Below, piece by piece: positions 60,781-64,000 of a DNA stretch of 64,000 nucleotides. The notes beneath the pieces were generated by a model. The model did not search any database. It worked only from the letters and a program-made list of their open reading frames with translations, and had not been told where the DNA came from. The stretch is from NCBI GenBank assembly GCA_963663475.2, contig CAXXJV010000001.1, positions 768,001-832,000 of the forward strand. The letters run 5' to 3'. Made by a program: the position numbers and the translations under genes. Positions within the stretch are counted from its first letter, which is position 1. Every line of letters begins with the position of its first letter. Origin of the DNA: Candidatus Cloacimonadales bacterium (GTDB taxonomy: Bacteria > Cloacimonadota > Cloacimonadia > Cloacimonadales > JAFGVF01).

Positions 60781-61194
60781 ATGGCTAAGATAGAACCACT
60801 AGATTTTAAGAGGAGAAGAGCAATTCCCACTAAATACAAAACAATTTTGGTGTTATTTTGTATAATCGGAATACTAATCCATTCTTTCTGGAACAAAAAA
60901 AGGGTAGAATCTTTGGTGATAGATCAAGACACTATTATGTTTGAAGAAATAAATACTCAATCAGTTCTAGTTAATTTCATAATAACAAATACTAGTCAAT
61001 CAGATAAATCTGAGAAAGTCAAGATACAAATTATTGATCAAGATGCAAACTTAATAACATCTACCATTAGATATTTAAACTTTAAGGTGGGAAGAAACAT
61101 TTTCACAGAGCAGATAAAGTTTAGAAGACGCTTTCCTGATATAAAAGAAAAGCAACTAAAAGCGATAATTACTATAGAACCAAGAAGATTGTGA
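60781..61194 (+). CDS. Hypothetical single-TM protein
   Basis: RBS CAGGAG, upstream TTGACA, one hydrophobic helix. Confidence 0.7.
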   Translation: MAKIEPLDFKRRRAIPTKYKTILVLFCIIGILIHSFWNKKRVESLVIDQDTIMFEEINTQSVLVNFIITNTSQSDKSEKVKIQIIDQDANLITSTIRYLNFKVGRNIFTEQIKFRRRFPDIKEKQLKAIITIEPRRL

Positions 61195-61354
61195 TATTAT
61201 TGATAGATATATATTAAGGTCTATTATGAGTACAAATACTAGCCTGAGTAGATAAAAAAAATATCAAATTAATGCAAAAGATATGGCCTATTATACATAT
61301 TAAGGAATATAATTTGCATTGATATAAAACTAAAAATCAAATTAAGGGAATAAA

Positions 61355-62542
61355 ATGTCATTTTTGATCTTAGCAACAATACTTTTAATAGTTTATTGGA
61401 TTGTAGAGTACTACTTACATTTGCAGAACGTTAAGAAAGTACCAATTAGAATTCATGTCAATGGAACACGTGGTAAATCTAGTGTTACTAGATTAATAGC
61501 TGCCGGTTTAAGAGCTGGTGGAATAAGAACCGTGGCTAAAACAACTGGAACTTTACCCAGAATTATTCATCCTGATGGTAAAGAAAGTGCTATCATAAGA
61601 TTAATGGGAGCTAATATTATCGAACAGAAGTATATCTTCCGTAATACAGCTTCTATGAAACCTCAAGCTATAGTTATTGAATGTATGGCTGTTAATCCTA
61701 TTTACCAATGGGTTGTAGAAAGACGATTAGTAAAAGCAACTATGGGAGTATTAACAAATGCCAGACTAGATCATACAGATTTGATGGGGGAGACAGTAGC
61801 GGATATTGCTAAGAGTTTATCTAACTTTTTCCCTCCTAAAAAAGTCTGCTATACTGCTGAAAATGACCCTAAAATATACTCTGTTTTGGAAAAACGTGCT
61901 CATAAATTTGGTACAGATATTCAGCAAATTTTGCCCCATGATGTTACTAGTGATGAATTATTAGCATTCTCTTATATTGAACATGCTGATAATGTTCAGC
62001 TAGCCCTTAAGGTTTGCCAAGCTCATGGAGTAAAAAGAGATGTTGCTCTTAAAGGAATGCAAGCAGCTATTCCAGATCCAGGTGCATTAACCCAACATAG
62101 AGTAGAAGAGGGAGATAAGACCCTTATGTTCTACAACGTTTTTGCAGCAAATGATCCAGCCTCAACCGAGTTTTTATATCATAGAATTACTGATATCATA
62201 GACCAAGGTCAGAAATTTATTATACTTAATTCACGTTCTGACAGATTCTTTAGAACAGACCAGCTTTTAGGTGTCTGTAAAAACGTAAATTTTGATTATC
62301 TCCTTCTTACAGGAGAATCTCCTCAGAGAGCCTATGACCATGCTATTGATTTAGGAATTGATAAGAATAAGGTAATCAAAATAGGTCAGCCACTAGTTCA
62401 TCAGATATACGAGAAAATAGCTTCTTTAACCAAGACAGAAGCACATATAGTAGGAATAGGTAACATAGCGGGTGAAGTTAAGTATGGAGCCCAGATAGTT
62501 GCTCATTTTAAACATTTAGAACAGAAACAAAAAAATAAATAA
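61355..62542 (+). CDS. pgsB: Poly-gamma-glutamate synthase PgsB/CapB
   Basis: IHVNGTRGKSSVTRLI, KTTGT, IECMAV, NARLDH, FAANDP. Confidence 0.95.
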   Translation: MSFLILATILLIVYWIVEYYLHLQNVKKVPIRIHVNGTRGKSSVTRLIAAGLRAGGIRTVAKTTGTLPRIIHPDGKESAIIRLMGANIIEQKYIFRNTASMKPQAIVIECMAVNPIYQWVVERRLVKATMGVLTNARLDHTDLMGETVADIAKSLSNFFPPKKVCYTAENDPKIYSVLEKRAHKFGTDIQQILPHDVTSDELLAFSYIEHADNVQLALKVCQAHGVKRDVALKGMQAAIPDPGALTQHRVEEGDKTLMFYNVFAANDPASTEFLYHRITDIIDQGQKFIILNSRSDRFFRTDQLLGVCKNVNFDYLLLTGESPQRAYDHAIDLGIDKNKVIKIGQPLVHQIYEKIASLTKTEAHIVGIGNIAGEVKYGAQIVAHFKHLEQKQKNK

Positions 62543-62560
62543 TTATATAATAAGGAGAAA

Positions 62561-63010
62561 TTGATGGTCGAAGCTGCCGTTGGTTTAGGTGTGATTGTAA
62601 GTTTAGTCTTCACAGAATTATTAGGGGCTTCAGCTGGGGGAATAGTTGTTCCTGGCTACCTAGCTCTCTATTTAGATCGTCCAGTTCAGATTATAACAAC
62701 CCTCTTAGTAGCTTTAGCTACCTGGTTGTTAATAAGATTTATATCAAGTTTTACTATCCTTTATGGTAAGAGGAGAATGGCCCTAAGTATTCTTCTTGGA
62801 TTCATCCTAGGTTGGGTAGTTTCTGGAATGCAATTAAATGTATTAAGTTTTAATGTTGAATCTGTTGGTTACATTATCCCCGGTCTTATCGCCAACTGGT
62901 TAGAAAGACAGGGTGTTGTTAAAACAATGTCTACAATGATTATAGCTGCTGTTTTAGTTAGAATAACTTTAATGGTAATTTCAGGCGGAGAGGTGAATTT
63001 CCATGTTTAG
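62561..63010 (+). CDS. pgsC: Poly-gamma-glutamate biosynthesis protein PgsC/CapC (TTG or next ATG start)
   Basis: AGGIVVPGYLAL, YGKRR, GYIIPGLIAN. Confidence 0.95.
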   Translation: MMVEAAVGLGVIVSLVFTELLGASAGGIVVPGYLALYLDRPVQIITTLLVALATWLLIRFISSFTILYGKRRMALSILLGFILGWVVSGMQLNVLSFNVESVGYIIPGLIANWLERQGVVKTMSTMIIAAVLVRITLMVISGGEVNFHV

Positions 63011-64000
63011 ACCATCATTAAGAACAAATTTATCCTTAACATTACTAGCACTTTTTTCTATTATACTATTTGTAGTAATAGGTTTAAGTAAAGGACCTGA
63101 TTTTAAAGAACAAAGAAGTGCAGCTCAAAGAATGCAATCTTCAATTGAGAAGGTATCACTTAGGTTTAAAGAATTATTAAAAGAAGATAAGGTAAGCTGG
63201 GATAAGGCAATTGATCCAGAACAAAGTGGTTTAATCGGACCTGAGACAAGTCCAATAATCTCCTCTAGAGCAGTTTTGGCAGAGAAGCAAAGAGCTATCA
63301 ATCCCAACTTAGCTGCTGTTTTTGTTAAATGGCTTAAAGAAGCTGAATTACAGGCAGGTGATTATGTAGCTGTTGGTGTTACAGGATCAAGTCCTGCTGT
63401 TAATATTGCCTTATATTCAGCAATGAAAGAACTTGATTTAAAGCCAGTAATTATTACTGCACTTTCTTCTTCACGTTATGGTGCCTCAAATATCAACTTC
63501 ACTTGGCTAGATATGGAAAAGGTTATTTATCCTGAAACAGGATTCATGACCTATGCAGCTTCCCGCGGAGGTAATAGAGATATTGCTGCCGGAATGAATA
63601 GTGAAGGTAAGGAAGTTCTTGGAGATATCATAGATGAAAAAGGTCTTCAATTAGTTGAAGGGAATCGTGCACGTATAATAATGTTTGAAAAAGCACTTCC
63701 TAAGGGAAAAGACTATAAAGCTTTTATCAATATAGGAGCTGCTGTAGGTAATGTTGGTTCAGTTGTTAGTGCTGGCCTACTCAAAGAAGGAGTAAACAGA
63801 AAGCTTCCTGAATTAGAAGCTAAAGGTGTACTTGATTACTTTGCAGAAAAAAATATTCCAATCATTCATTTCTTTAGGGGTAATGATACTTTTGATGAAT
63901 ATTATTTATCAGAATCAAATGAAGAATCTCAAAAAATTGGTAAAGGAATTGTCTATGGCTACTCTTGGTCAGTTGCTTTAATTTGTTTAATTCTCTTACT
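63003..64000 (+). CDS. pgsW: Poly-gamma-glutamate system protein PgsW (partial, runs off window)
   Basis: Own translation: MFRPSLRTNL...DPEQSGLIGPETSPIISS...INPNLAAV...VAVGVTGSSPAVN...SSRYGASN; absent from the ORF track because there is no stop in the window. Confidence 0.85.
   Translation, partial: MFRPSLRTNLSLTLLALFSIILFVVIGLSKGPDFKEQRSAAQRMQSSIEKVSLRFKELLKEDKVSWDKAIDPEQSGLIGPETSPIISSRAVLAEKQRAINPNLAAVFVKWLKEAELQAGDYVAVGVTGSSPAVNIALYSAMKELDLKPVIITALSSSRYGASNINFTWLDMEKVIYPETGFMTYAASRGGNRDIAAGMNSEGKEVLGDIIDEKGLQLVEGNRARIIMFEKALPKGKDYKAFINIGAAVGNVGSVVSAGLLKEGVNRKLPELEAKGVLDYFAEKNIPIIHFFRGNDTFDEYYLSESNEESQKIGKGIVYGYSWSVALICLILL

Noticed and set aside
76-63307. Numerous 60-106-aa antisense ORFs overlapping confident genes
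   Set aside because: They are shadow ORFs on the opposite strand of well-supported CDSs and carry no motifs.

Overview
AT-rich bacterial chromosomal window read with the standard code. It is probably Candidatus Cloacimonadota-like; this is inferred from the FlgD-Ig type C-terminal 'GNYPNPFNPET' sorting domains and a C25 gingipain-like protease. The genes are mostly housekeeping or envelope functions: an ABC exporter, ptb, a sigma-70 factor, nlpD-like, recA/recX, thpR, MATE/TetR, Ppx-DUF47-PiT, an MrfA/MrfB-like helicase-exonuclease pair, a hybrid kinase, two giant surface proteins, RmuC, MltC, a DsbD-Omp28-TlpA-DUF6029 redox operon and pgsBCW. The intergenic DNA is unusually rich in structured repeats. 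The most striking are two GC-rich 53-bp tandem arrays in which each unit is a REP-like hairpin plus an IHF-consensus-like site, with a period of about 5 helical turns. The arrays share a ~150-bp leader that starts with an IS1182-type end. One array is interrupted by an intact IS21 inserted in a hairpin loop and lies inside an apparent IS1182-bounded composite element. The window also holds a TTA-targeting MITE family with filled and empty sites, long perfect hairpins, a candidate anti-SD sRNA, and an HNH nuclease domain inserted in the MrfA-like helicase. All family names come from motif recognition, not database searches.
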